DNA of 64,000 nt from Octopus vulgaris (lineage: Eukaryota): the NCBI GenBank assembly GCA_951406725.2, contig OX597815.1, positions 173,290,001 to 173,354,000 of the forward strand. Direction: 5' to 3'. Below are positions 43,001-57,539 of the stretch, in pieces (within the stretch, counting starts at the first letter, position 1; every line of letters starts with the position of its first letter). The notes beneath the pieces were generated by a model that searched no databases, had not been told where the DNA came from, and worked only from the letters and a program-made list of their open reading frames with translations. The translations under genes were made by a program, and so were the position numbers.

Positions 43001-46000
43001 CATATTTAGCTTCAACCAAGAAAAAAAGAAAGGGGGTGGGGGAAATAAATAAAAAAAAATGTTGTCTTCTCTTAAAAATATAATTTGCAAAGAGTAAAAA
43101 CAGGCAACAGTTGTTAGCTGAAACAGCTGTCTTCTTTCTATGATGGTTTTGATGATGCAGACAGTCTAAAATCCTGATCAATACACAATGTAAGCAGAAA
43201 TTACAGCATTTATGGCATTTCAGAACAGTAGTTCTCAAAGCAATAATATGGATTCAAAAGGATCTGATAGTTTATTGATTTCTTTAAAAGATTACAAAAA
43301 AAAAAAGATAAACGAAAAAAGAAAAAAAAGCATGTCATTATCATGCTTATTTACTCCATTATGATCATCATCCATCTTTTAAAAGTTACTATTTATGTAT
43401 GAAAATGATTAAATAGTTACAGTCTGATGAAACATGTGGTTACTAAAGGTGTTTAGTATTTCTAGAATTTATCAATCCTATTTTTTAATATAAGCCTCCA
43501 ATTGCATCTACTCATTCAATCAATGACAAATGTCCATTCAATTTTTGTCTTTCCTATCTTTTACTGATTGAGCCAACAACAAATTTAAGAGGTTCGGGTG
43601 TTAGAGACAAACTCCAAACAAATGAAAGAATCCTTCATACTGAAGCTGAAAGGACTAACTAAATACAATATCTGGAAACCACATGTGTAAATGACCAAAC
43701 CAGCTTCATGGTCTTGATTTTCCTTTCAGAGCCCCAAACAGTTGTAGACCACACATAAAATCTTATTAAGCAGAAAAGCTACAATAATGAGATCAATTTA
43801 GTTAACATCCTTGACAGAACTTAGAAAAGAAAACCTATTCTCTGATGACATCTTATCTTTCATTAGGCTGAAGCGCTCAAAAAGCAATCTGGAATGACAT
43901 TAAAAATGCATTAAACTTTTACAACATATCAAGTCAAGCTTTCTATGATTATGCAGTTACAACACATGAGCTTTCCAGTGTATGTTGACATATATTTCTG
44001 CTTGATTAAACCTGTGTAATAACTTGTCTTGACATAATTCCAAACTTCACTCAACTTCCCTAGCAACTAAATAGGAACGATGTAGCTTGATGCATGAAAT
44101 AAAAATATCCTTGTCAAGGTGATAATACCACACTAGTTAAATACTACTACTAAATTTTGAATGTAAACAAATCTTAGTGCTATTTCAGCTTTGTATACTT
44201 TGTAATTATAATTTATTTTTTTATTATTCAATGAGTAAAAACTCAGTTATAATATTAGCTTATCATAATCCTTATGCACCTACTTAATTGTATATTTCCA
44301 ATGTAATTATCATGTATTAGAGAAGGTAGTATATAATAGCAACTTTCTCAATGGTGCAATAAAAAGTGCAGGCACTTCAGTAGTCATTGATTGTAGTTTT
44401 GTCTAAGGGTTAGGTCTACTATAATACTTAAGGTTAAATTTATTCCTAGTCATGCAGAAGCTAGAGAAGAACGAATAAACTGATATGACAAGTTATGCTA
44501 ACTTGAAAGAAACATACGGAGTGGAAGTAAGATGAAAAAGCAGCTGGGATTAGAAGCATTGGTCGCTACATACAAAAGAACTGATCATATTAATAGAGAA
44601 TTCCTGAGAATGGATAATGTAAGCTAGTAGGAAAACGTGATGAGTGATTATAATCATGACAGCAGTAAGCTAGAGAAAACTGAGATTATGATGGTTTCCT
44701 AAAGGAACTGATAAATGAGAAGATAGTGAAAGAGGTGATTTTACAGACCCGTACATGCTTCCTCAAGAAGCATTAACAATAATGTTAATAAGTAAAAGAC
44801 CAGCTGAATGAAAATTAAAATTATATACTATTGAATAAAAGTTTCCATAAACAGATATGAAGATATTCCAATGGTTTTCTTTTTCTAATTCTTCAAAAAG
44901 GTTTCAGTATGGACTGTCAATGTGATACCAGTTCAGGTAAGCTAAATCTTGATATAAAAAAACAAATGAATACAAACATGGTGATTCTACACAGCTGGTG
45001 GGGGGGGGGGGACATTAAACTCCCAATAACTTCTTAAAATCTAGTTTTAGCAGCTTTTGTTTAAGTCATTTATGGAGGACATTAAAATATGTTATCAGGT
45101 TCATGAATTTACAACTTTAGTATATGTTCTGCTGAAAGGGACATATTTTTCGTCTATATTCAACCAAGTTTAAGTAGTTTTCTGTATCTGCATTTTAAAG
45201 ACACCAGACATATCACAAGACATGCTCTAACACTTGTAACCTCAAGAAAAGAAACTATTTCAAATTTCCATGTTAAGAATGCATGTAACAAGCTGTATGT
45301 GAAAAATTCATAAATAACTAATTTCTGTACAAATAAAATGTTAAGAACATATCAAAGAAAAAAAAAAAGCTATTAATTCTTTGACGGATGGATACTAACT
45401 CATAACATGCACATGTCTTAACACATGCACATATTTACTGACAGGTAAGTATTGAAGCAATAGTTAAAGAGGTTGTATCCAATAGGGAATTTAGTGTTGA
45501 ATTCTTACTTTAATAGTATTTGAATATGAATACTGAGTTCACAACTAAAAATTATTTTTAATCACTATAAAAGTGAAAATAACTGCATAAAATTACTATT
45601 TATAGGTTATTAATGTGTTTAACAGCAACAGCAGGGTCTTACACATGTAATAATATAATGAGCTTTGTTCAGTCAGTTTCATTATATTCCCTATATTTTT
45701 ACATACAATGATTACTCCAAGTCTTGCCAACTGAGCAGAATATTATAACAGAGACTAATAAAACTGAAGCATGCCTGTCATGGTCACTTCAGTCAATTGA
45801 TCTTATGGAGTCATCTCACTTGTTGTTTTTTACATTTTAGTCAAAGAGGGAGCATTTATAAACTAATTGCTCAGATAATTTCAATTTACTGAAGATTTTC
45901 AATCACTGAATTTCACCAGCCATATTTGTATTTAGTGTGCAGAATACTCTTCACACATATTTGCCTTTAACTGCACATGAACTATGGATCAATATTATTT

Positions 46001-47645
46001 CCTTTCCAACATTTTTTCTTAAATCAAAGTTATATTTTCTTTAGAAACACATACACACACACACACACACTCTTTCTCTCTCTGTCAGTTGCTTCCTCTC
46101 CCTCTCTCATGTTAATAGTACCTGTCTTTTCCCTTTCCAAAAAAGCTGTCATCAAAACTTCTCTTGACAGCTTTCTGTCTTTTGCTCTTCCCTTACATTT
46201 GTTATCCCATCTTATAACAGCCCTTCACATCCTTTCATTCACTTTTCTTCTTACTCTTCCACTTTTATGGTTTTTGAATAAACATACATCTAAATTTATA
46301 ATCTATGACTATTGAATTAAGAGAACTATATTCTCTGAGAGCAAACAATACAACAGTAAACAATATAAAACTACAGTGAATGACAAAGATTTTTAAATAA
46401 AGAAGTTTAAGTGGAATTTATTTAGCTTGGTATCACCGACTTCCTGACACACTGACTCCACATTCTCTCTAAAGTGAATAGGGAAATAATTAAGAAAATT
46501 AGTCTTCTTAGTATTCCCTGACTGTTACATTATTTGGATTGTACAATATAAACAATAGCTTTCACACTCCACTGTCCTACTATATAAATGCATTTACAGG
46601 CATCTGATGGGAATAGTCAATTGAAGAAACACGTGCCTTACTTTTTTCTTTCCCACATACACATATTCATAAACACACAGACTAAAGACTATTACTTAGT
46701 TGGAAAATATACAGTATAGAAAGGAAACATATATGAAGGTCAATGGTTGTGAAATTAACCACTCAATATATTATCAAGTCAAACACATTAGTCAAATTGT
46801 TTGACTTCTAAACATAGCCAGAAGTCAAAACAATAACAAAACTATCTTCAGTAAACATTCAAAATTTAGGAAGTTCTTCCATTTGTTAATGTAAAAATAA
46901 AAAAGAAAAAAAAGGAAAAAGTTTTGTGCTTGGATATATATGAATGACTGATAAAGGTTTGTCTACATTTATATAGGAAAATATTTGACTTTTTTTTATA
47001 AATTGTTAATGAGATGACAGATGACCCTCAAGGAAAAGGAAGCAATAAAACTGATTGAAAAGTCATTAAATTTTGGTAACACATCTTAAGACTATTATAG
47101 GAGTACTTGTTTGTCAGTTGAGTTATATTTTGAATTATGTATATCTTTGTTTTACTTCATGTCCTAATAAGTGTACACTAAGTGCTCTGGTATTCCTAAG
47201 TAAATTGTATTTTATTTTCACATTTCAATCTTCTAATCTTATAATAGGTCAGTGTTGCAAATTTGTCAATCTTGTAACACTCTGGCACACTGACCCTGGT
47301 TGTAAAACACTGTTCCATGTTACATTAGTGACACCTAAAATTAATGAATAGCAAAATGATTGCATAAACAAAGAGAATATTTGGATTTCACAAGAATACA
47401 GCTTGAATGAGATATTTGTTGGAATCTTAACAATGGAGGATTAACACAGATAAATATATGCACTAATTAAAACATGCGATAAAGAGAGAGTAAAGTCAAT
47501 AAAAAACCCAAATTTCTCTCTTCTCTGTATCACATCCATATATCTGAAATCAGGCACATACAGTGAATACATACTTAGATTAGGCAGTATGCATTATCAC
47601 TAGGAGGCAATATGTAAAAATATTTTGGTAACAAAGCATATATAC

Positions 47646-47682
<37 letters not shown>

Positions 47683-47932
47683 TGCAAGCACAATCATTTA
47701 ATACCCTTTTTTCCATGCCAGCTTATTTAAGACAGCAATTTACAATCAAATGCTCTTCCTATCACCAACCCTTACCTGCTTTTCAAGTAGAAAAATTTCA
47801 ATGGTCTTTAGCAGTATAGGATGACTGGCCATAATATCAACAATATATGTGCACATCATATCACTATTTTGCTCAGGCGGTGACAAGCAAAGCCATGAAA
47901 TATTAGCATTCATGCATATTATATTTACCATG

Positions 47933-47985
<53 letters not shown>

Positions 47986-48667
47986 GTAACAAATTAAAGC
48001 TGAACAAGTTATGCAAGCTGAATGAGTTGTAGCTATGTATATTTATGTAAACAAGCATAAACATAATTATGCAGAAGATACTTGTAGATACATAGTTTTA
48101 TAAAACAGTTGTACGCAAACACGCATTCATTATTACTATTTTATGCAGCCATGTGAATAAAAATTAGATCAATCATTAAAAGCAAATACCCACATGCACA
48201 CTTCTCACACTGACCCAAAAAAGTAGAGTAAATCTGCTTTTACTTTCACTATAGTTAATGTATTATAGAGTTGAACTCAGACATATGAAGTAATAGTGTG
48301 TATGTGTGTGTGTTGAACTTAAAAGCAACAGAAATTGTGCCTGTTCATCATCAAAAATATTAACCCTTTACTGAATTCAATGCATTTAATTCACATTTTT
48401 ATAATGAGCTGGAAATCACTTACTGTTATATTTATATGATATTTATAGTTTTTAGTCTGACTTAGGCACTGCCTACCTTGCCTTTTCAGACTTGACTCTG
48501 CTTTAAATATGTAGGTTATAGCTAATGGCGCTTGAAATTTAGCTTGCACCACTTTACAAATTGTGAAAGTAACACAGAATTGGCACCTAAAATAAGGACA
48601 AACTTTATGATGACCAAAGGTAGTTGTGTTGGGCATAAGGATATTAGTGAATATCAATGTGCAGTAT

Positions 48668-48890
48668 TTAACTTCTCAGCATTTAATCTGCCATATCTGG
48701 CCCAAATATTCTTCCTGTTTTATGTTAAAACTGACCAGATTCAGTTTTATCCATCCCACAATATCATTCTAAGAATATACAGACACACCACTGAAATCTT
48801 GAAACTGCAAGATAATGCATGATTAATTAAAAACAATGTGAATAAATAAGCAATATATTTGACAAAGAAATCTGAATGCTAATGGGTTAA
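48668..48890. mobile_element. TTAA-flanked MITE (piggyBac-like termini)
   Basis: ttaacttctcagcattta...tgaatgctaatgggttaa imperfect TIRs bounded by TTAA; non-coding. Confidence 0.65.
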
Positions 48891-51800
48891 AGTGAAAATG
48901 AAATGGAGGTTTGTGACCACATCTATAATGAACTGGCTGACACTAAACTTAAGGACATCAGAAGAGCTTTAAAGAGGATGCTGTGTTACAGACATAACAC
49001 AGATCTTAGAAAGAACGGATTAAGCTGAGAGTGAAGAACAAATCATCACTCAGTTGGGAAATGAAGCATGACAATGCAGTTAAAAGTACCTATAATTTCT
49101 CAAGTGGCAATTTTGTGATCAACAAATGTGAAAGCATAGAAGCAGAAAAGAAACAGGAATGCTTAAAAATGACCAGGACATTTTCTGTTATATAAATTTT
49201 TTATTTTGCTACAATCTTGTTTTTATATATTTTTAAATACCATTATTACTAGTTTGTTATAAATAATTGTTGATATTATCTGAGCATACTAAGCTCAACT
49301 GCCTGAGGTGTTCCAGGCAGCTGGCATAATGACAAGCAGTAGATCAGCTATCCTGGAATTTCTGAGCTGTGTGAAAGCTTTGATGAAGTTTTGAGAGGTG
49401 TGGGGGAGGGAGAGGAAGAAGAAGAAGAATTGAAATGTACATGAAGAAACTCAACTGATCTTGGTTGTAAGCTGGTTTATATTGATGTTAAAGGAAATAT
49501 GTACACACACATGAGTTTGTCTGCTTCTCTTTATACTGACACAATCTGGGTAGCATTGACATTAGTGTATATCCTACAGCTCAGTTTGATGATCAAAGAC
49601 CAGAAAATAAAGTACATTCATTACTTAATGGCAAATAAGGGACGGTATAAGGAAGGCATCCTGTTGCAGAATTTAGTCTCAAGAAGTTTTACTCAACACT
49701 AAACCACTATAGAAAAAAAGCAAATATAATAATGATTATATAACGATTATGATACACACGCATGTACACAAACATGCAGGTGTCTATATGCACTTATATG
49801 TGTGAGACTAAAGTTAGTTTGTTATATCTAACAACTTATATGTGATGCATGGTTTCTCAGATTTTTTTAACAAACTAATGAGGTTGATTGTTTATGTACA
49901 AACAATAGGTAAAGCTGTTTCCTGCTGAGACAATGAAAAAAGATATTTTAATATGATTTTTACCTGGTGTTCTATTATAATCATTTTTCATGTAAAATAA
50001 TGGAGAAATTTCGTTCTAACATCTGTTGCTTGACTGTTGACAACAGAAATAAATATTACATTTTATGTTTCTGGTTTCTGTTGAGTATCTTAGAAAACAT
50101 GTATTTACTAGGTTTAGGAATTCAGCTTTAACACAGCACTCTTTATAAATTTCTGAGGGGAAATTGTAATGTTTGTAATAATTAGATTCAACTGGTGTGG
50201 ATATATGAAAAGGATAAGTAAACTGAATGAAAATATTCTGCTATTTTGCAACCAAAACACAGGTAAATTAAGAAATTCTTTTTAAAAATTGATATTTTTA
50301 ACTCTTAAAGGAAAGCAAAGACAGAGAAAAATATTTGTCCAGATTTTATCAATTTATTCAGAGATGGACTTTCTACTTAACATATATTTTGTCTTCTCAG
50401 ACAGTACACTATGATATGTTATTTTACAGAGTATGCTATCAATTATTACAATCAGTCTTAAATTTCTGGCTCATCATCAAAACTGTATTTTCTTCCCTGA
50501 CTTTCTTATACTTTCAATTCTTGCATCTACCCCCAAAACTTGTTCTATTTTACCTTTCATTTACACATGAACCTCAGCAGTCTAATGAGATAGTATTTCA
50601 GTACTGAATTCTACAGAATTAAGCAGAAGTTTTGGCACACAGAATAATGTGACCTTTCTAGAGACATAATAAAATACCAATAGTGAGCCCAAACTCAAGA
50701 ATCATAAGTTGGTAGTTCAATATTACATTAGCCAGTTACTTTTCTGTTTCTTCTTTTATTTTTGTCTTTCTTGTCATCACCACCACTGATTTTGTGTAAT
50801 TATCATCATCACTGCCACTGATTTTGTGTAACCAGTTTGCACTGAGTTACACAGTATAAAACATCTACCTGTTTTTCCCTTACATATCAAGTAAGACCGC
50901 TTTCTAGATGGCACTGGCATTTTGTAATGACCTAATTTTTGGAAATTAGGGGTTCTGGACTATTGTTAAAAATCTGGGACTTTCTAGGCAGCTCTTTGAC
51001 AGTTTCTACAATGTGGATCAGGTTTTTAGCATATGGCAGTTTCAAAGAACACATGTTATTATACATGTTACACAAATCTAAACATTTTCAAAAAAACTTT
51101 TCATAATCCGTCAATCTAATGTTGGGTATGTTGTAACTCATTTCTAAAAAAAAAAAGAAAAAAGAAAAAAAGACCCCAAAAACCCTTATCTGTAAACATT
51201 AAATGTATTAATCTCTTATCTCATTTAATGTTAGTTCCAAAAACCTCCAAACTTTCTAAATGTAAGCACATACATTCCTCCCACTTCTAAACAGAACAAG
51301 CATTCAGTTCACCTCTTATCACAACATCTCAACAGTTATTCTTCAGAATTTTGATTATCTTTTGTACATACAGTTAATTATAACATGCCATATATGAATG
51401 TAACAAACAAAATTAGTCTAACACACCTCTGGATATCCATTGATAACTTTTATCCATTACAATATCAAATTTCATCTTGTAATTAAGATCAATAATATAA
51501 ACACAAAATGCTATATAGATTATTTTCTATGAAAATCTTTAATTAAAAAGGTTTTTTGTTGCATTAGATAAAGAAGATTTCATTGCAAATACATTATAAA
51601 ATCTTGGTATTCATACCAAAAGATGAAATACTATTCTAATATATACAAGAACATTTGTGCAATTTCTGATAACAGGAAAAATTAATAAAATCTATCAGCT
51701 TGGTATTAAATAGATCTACTCATTTAAATTATTTTCTGTTTTTACTTTTAACTGTACTATTTATCTGTATCAGACATTAACCAGTGAAAAGAAGAAATAA

Positions 51801-52589
51801 ATTAATAACAACACAAAAAAAAACAAAAAAAATCCAAGGAAGTGAAAACTATTTGTTGAACTCTGTGCTGAAAATAAAAACGTATCAAAGGTAACTAGAT
51901 TTTATGACAATTATTAAAAGGAAAGCAAGCTACTTACAGACAGTAAAAGCAAAGAAAGAACAAGAAAAATCTGTAATTGATATACACCCACCCACCCACA
52001 CATAAGAAGCATATGTTGGAAAACGAGTATTAATGGTTAGGAAAGTTAGTCGTCTAAATCAGCACAAGCCAGCTATTTTGCTTGTTGCCTGTAGTCCAGT
52101 AACAAAGACTTCTCTGATCAATGTTGTTACTTCATAATATCGACACTAGCATTTTATTCTGTTTTTAAAATTGTCAATAGAAGATGTGCACTTGCCAGCA
52201 TTGGTTAACAAGACATGACTTGAGATAAACTATTTTTAACACGATTCTACACATCAAAAGAGACATTTAATTTGCAATAAGAAAAAAAAATTCTGTAATT
52301 TTTTCTTTTTTTTTTTATCTGAATTGTTTTTTGTAAAAATTTTGCTACCGATCATTCAGTACTAAGTTTTAATTTAATATTAGTCATGAAATCATCTTAA
52401 ACTGAATATCTTGTAAGAAAAATATGGAGAGGAGAGAAAAAAAAAAGATTCCCAAAAAACCAAAACAAAAACAAACAAAAAAAGCATCTTATGCATATAC
52501 CAATGCTGTGAAAAAAAAAGATTAAGTAGGGAAACCATGCTTGATTTCCTATCTTACAGATGGATATCTAAATGGAAAAGCGACTACTG

Positions 52590-52625
<36 letters not shown>

Positions 52626-52769
52626 TCTAACTTAGCATATGAACAGAAGTGGAGTATTACAAAGAATATAGGCCAAAATTACAGTAAAGCTTTACAATTT
52701 TAATGGTAATATAAACATTGATAACATCAGTAACCTTAGTGACAACAGCAATGACAGCTACATAAAATT

Positions 52770-52800
<31 letters not shown>

Positions 52801-52974
52801 CTATCAGACCAGTTTCGGACAAAACCCACAATCATCGGATGAAGCAGAAATAGCAATCTTAATTACAGTAAACATGACAGCTAAAGTTATAACAATGGCT
52901 AATTAAACAGAGACAGAAAAAAAAAAGAAGGGTTTTACTTGATAAACTATGTACAGAATGGAATAGAATAATTA

Positions 52975-53350
52975 GCATGTTCACTTTTCAATGGTTGCAT
53001 GGGTTTGATGGAGTTTATTTGAGATAGATTTTCTTTACCTAGATGCCCTTACTGTTGGCAACCCTCACCTGTTTACAAGCAAGATAATAATCTCCACGGT
53101 CAGATATATTTTGCAGAATACTGGAAATGAATGATCCTGCTTGTATGATAGCAACATTCATATACAACTATCTTGCAATGACAAGATAAGGAAACCCCTA
53201 CTGCCATATATAACAGGCTTCTTTCAGTTTAAGTCGACTAAATCCATTCACAAGGCTTCTACTACAAGGCTGTAGTAGAAGACACTTGCTCAAAGTGTCA
53301 CACAGTGGGACGGAATCTAAAATGTTTAAACCACTCAGCCATACCTGCAC
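52975..53350 (-). mobile_element. SINE with family-B tRNA head and RTE-like 3' tail
   Basis: The minus strand starts gcaggtatggctgagtgg...gtcccactg...gcaagtgtcttctactacagcc (as in 54514) and ends in the aagggcatc...cccatgcaa..tgaaaa tail shared with the RTE remnant at ~10920-11030. Confidence 0.75.
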
Positions 53351-53564
53351 ATATAATGTCTATTTTATTATTATTCATAGTTAGGTTTGGGAAGTGCATC
53401 CAAAAATACTGCTTTCATTAGTTTCAAATGCTTTCCTTGCTAAAAAGAAGTCACTTTAAGTAGTATGGCTACACATGTGGTTGATATGGTGCTTATACTA
53501 AAAATCGGTATAATAGGTCAGCAGATGGTTAGACTAAACAACATTCATTTTGAGAGCTCACTTT

Positions 53565-53783
53565 AAGGTAGCAAGCTGGTAGAAGTGTTGGCACGCCGGG
53601 CAAAATGCTTAGTGGTATTTCATTCATCTTTACGTTCTGAGTTCAAATTCCACCAAGGTCGACTTTGCCTTTCATCCTTTCAGGGTCAATAAAATAAGTA
53701 CTAGTGAAACACTGGGGTTGATGTAATTGATTCATCCCCTCCCTCAAATTGCCTGCCCTTGTGGCAAAATTTGAAACCATTAC
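53565..53783 (+). mobile_element. SINE family A, full length with perfect 13-bp TSD
   Basis: gagagctcacttt at 53552-53564 and 53784-53796; internal gagttcaaattcc and gactttgcctttcatcctttcagggtcaataaaataagtac. A decayed second copy follows at ~53860-53980. Confidence 0.92.
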
Positions 53784-54513
53784 GAGAGCTCACTTTGCTC
53801 TTCTTTTCATCAAGAAAGTGGGAGTATTGTATCGGGGCCAGATATAGCTAGTATAGTAATTGTTTGGCAGAGTTGTTATAGTATCAGATAGAATGCTTCA
53901 CAATATTTGTTCTAGCTTTCTGCACAATTCTGCCAAGGTCAATTTTGTTTTTCATCATTTCAAAGTCAATAAATACCATTGATTCATTTATTCTCCCTCT
54001 CTCTCTCCCTCTCAGGAAGAAATTGGCTACGCTCAGATCTGGAGAGGGATAGGTTCTGCCAGGTCTTAAAATATCTAAAACATGCCATATGTCGCAATGT
54101 TGCCCCTACAACTTCATCAGAAATTGAAGGCCTCCAATTCAAAAATAAAAATAAAAGGAAATGAACCAATATTTAATCCATTATCACATGCTCACATCAG
54201 CAGCTTCATCTCTAAAATATAAAATTTTAGTTTGAACTATTGAAACCATTCATTGAAATGGAAATAATATAAGAATTATAATAGATGAGAGAATAATTAA
54301 GGTATGTGTTTGTCAAGATGATGGCTCTTACAAAACTAGTTGAATTCTCAGAAGGAAACATGACTAGTCTTGTAAAAGCCACTAACTCAATAAACAAATA
54401 TTACCATCTTACTTTATATGTCAAGTACTTTGCCTTTAATTATGCTTTTCCTTGATCTTCTATTAATGGGTGTACAGAAGAGGAATAATTAAAGTAAAAA
54501 AAACAAAAAAACA

Positions 54514-54675
54514 GCAGGAGTGGCTGTGTGGTAAGTAGCTTGCTAACCAACCACATGGTTCCAGGTTCAGTCCCACTGCGTGGCATCTTGGGCAAGTGTC
54601 TTCTACTATAGCCCCGGGCTGACCAATGCCTTGTGAGTGGATTTGGTAGACGGAAACTGAAAGAAGCCAGTTGTA

Positions 54676-54712
<37 letters not shown>

Positions 54713-54932
54713 GCGTGTGTTTGTGGGTCTATGTTTGTTCCCCTAGCATTGCTTGACAACCGATGCTGGTGTGTTTACGTCCCCGTCACTTAGCGGTTCG
54801 GCAAATAGAGACCGATAGAATAAGTACTGGGCTTACAAAAAGAATAAGTCCCGAGGTCGAGTTGCTCGACTAAAGGCGGTGCTCCAGCATGGCCGCAGTC
54901 AAATGACTGAAACAAGTAAATGAGTAAATGAG
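54514..54932 (+). mobile_element. Young tRNA-derived SINE family B (octopus OK/OR-like) with internal (TA)n/(TG)n
   Basis: A box TGGCTGTGTGG, B box GGTTCAGTCCC, internal microsatellite, CpG-rich 3' half and short tandem tail (gtaaatga)x2. Decayed heads of the same family at ~4620-4770(-), ~14880-15000(+), ~21340-21500(+). Confidence 0.9.
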
Positions 54933-56979
54933 TTGATAATGAAAGCTGGAAGATTATTTAAATTTAATTTACCATATTTCAGTATTAAGACAATAAACAT
55001 TTAGATAAATCTCTTCTTTTGCATGTTTTTCAACACACAAGGGAGTTGATGTGTTGAAAGAATGGACATATCAATAAAGAACTAAAAAAAAAACATGGGT
55101 ATGAATAAAATTACAAATGTGTGAGTGCATGTTTATTAATTGACAAACTAACCAAACATGACTATTATACTATAGCTGAGATAAAATATTAACAGCAATT
55201 TTTAAAGTGTTACACATTCTAAAATTATAAATTTTATATTTGCTTTCAAAATTAATTTCATCTTTAGAAATGAAAAATAAGTCTTTTAAAAATATAACTA
55301 TGTTTACATTGTTTCAGATGATTTGATCTCAGTTCATAATTATGTGTCATATTCCTAGATATGTATATAGTAGTAGAGAAATAGTGCAAAACACTCCTTG
55401 GAACCAGCCTGTATACAAGACATTAAGTCATCCCTTCTCTCTGGACACTTGAACTGGCAGCTCAGACATGTGCTAACAATCTCTCTTTCTCACATGTCAG
55501 GAGACAGTGAAGTTAGAAGTTTGGAAGAAAGGTGAAGGTGGGTAACAAATCTTCAATGCATGTGATTGCAGATGGTGGCAGTAACAGGTTGCTAACTCCA
55601 ATTGTCTTGGACCCCTAGCTACTGATTCAAGATAATTTCATTGTCAAGATTGTGAGGAAACAGGTGTTCAACAACTTTTCTATGCTAAACATAATCTTGC
55701 AGATTTTCAAATCTGGAGGACAATCATCCCCAGCCTGAGGGTTTGCTGACGACATAGTAATATGCAGGATTCAAACTTGTAAATGTTTATTTCAAAATTT
55801 AATAATGTTCTTAAATTACCCTGAGTTTAGAAATAAAGGTTTCTAGCTCTTACTTCTAATGCAGAATCTGCTACTACATATACATCCAGAAAGTAAACAT
55901 CTGAAGATGACTGGTTATCAAACCAATTAAAATATAGAGTAGGTGTAAATACTGAAAGAATTTTTATCATTAAAGGCAAGGCTAATCTCAGATATTTACA
56001 CATTAAATTAGATAAGTGTGCTGTTTAAAAAATATGAATTTAGGGATCTGGTGACTACAATGAGTCCAGTTATCATAAAAGTTGTTTGTTTATAATTCCA
56101 AATTGTAACTGTGGATAAGGTATGTAAACCATCAGCTGATAGGAATTTATAACTACTACAGAAGTCTCAAGTTTTCTTAAATTCCTGTTTAATGAGAATC
56201 TAGTAGTCTTTGATTTTCTTGTGATTGTCATCATTTGCTTGCTTACACATAACTTGTTAGAAGAATCCAGAAGTATCAAAACACAAAACTGACAAGAAGA
56301 CTTAACAGAGTATTTCAGTTTTTGTACTGATTATTCAAAATGTTTGACAAATTACACATAAACACAAGATAATCTAATATGTAGTGAAGATAAGCAGCCA
56401 TCTTATCACATATCTGGTTGGTTTTTGTTTTGTGAAGTATGTTTTTTATTGCTATCAGAATATTTGGTGCTATGACAGTAACTCATACATTCTAGTCTTT
56501 TGCACCTTTTACTTCAAACCAAAGGAAGTATGTTAGTTCCAGTGCATGTGTACAATGTTCTTGACAATGGTTATTTCAGACTGAGCTCACTTGCTTCTTT
56601 GAGCAATTGCTAGTGTTCACCATATATTGTCTCAATCATTTTGTGCTTATACCAACTTGAATGGAATGGTTTTATTTCTCTCTTTCAGATGTGTCTAGCA
56701 GTTGCAGAGATATTTTCCAACTGACTTTATTAAAACAAAATGTAACATGTCATGCTCTCACTATCATTGCCAAAAGGTTGGTGAAATTTACCTTATTGTA
56801 CACATGCACCACATAACTAAAATGTCACGAATGTAAACATCAGAAATTTTAATTCTTTTATACAAATGGCTCTAGCAGTGTACTTACTTTTTCTTACTGG
56901 TTAATACTTTATTATTATTATTATTGTTGTTATTATTATTTTATGTATGTTGATATACACACATATTATATATATATAA

Positions 56980-57505
56980 TCATCATCATCATTTAATGTC
57001 TTTTTTTTCTAGGCTGGCATGGGTTGGATAGTTTGACAGGAGTTGATGAGCCAAAGGACTGCACCAAGCACCAATATCTGCTTTGGCATGGTTTCTACAA
57101 CTGGATGCACTGCCTAATGTGAATATATATACCCTTAACATAGTCTGTTAGCTTCTTCATTAACACCCTCTGCCTTCAATATGCCTGTTTCTCCTATCAA
57201 AATTTAAAATCTTAACCTCCAGCCAAAAGTCACCGTCGTTTCTCCTATTCTACCTCTGTAGTGAAAGCTGGTTAGTTTTGCAAGTTACAAGGCTACCTCA
57301 TCAATGGTGGATGGTGGTGCCATGATAAGAGCAACCAGAACACTGTAAAGTGGATGATGTTATGAAGAAGATCCATTCACAGAAACCATGCCAAAACTGA
57401 TATATTGGAGTAAGATGGCATCCATTGACCTGATGGATCTTATTGAACCATTCAACCTAGGTCAGCAAGGAAAATGGACATAAAGACATCAATGATGATG
57501 ATGAT
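56980..57505. mobile_element. Oppositely oriented pair of RTE-tail repeats
   Basis: catcatcatcatttaatgtc...ggcatgggttgga...ggcatggtttctacaactggatgc (56980-57120) and its decayed reverse complement gaaaccatgccaaa...ggaaaatggaca...aatgatgatgatg (~57380-57505). Further copies at ~30388-30595 and ~59460-59650. Confidence 0.72.
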
Positions 57506-57539
57506 ATATCATTATATATATATATATATATATATATCT

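Noticed and set aside
49964-49984. MIIIEHQ mini-ORF ending in CAG|gtaaaa (phase 0)
   Set aside because: Weak donor and only 7 codons; expected by chance.
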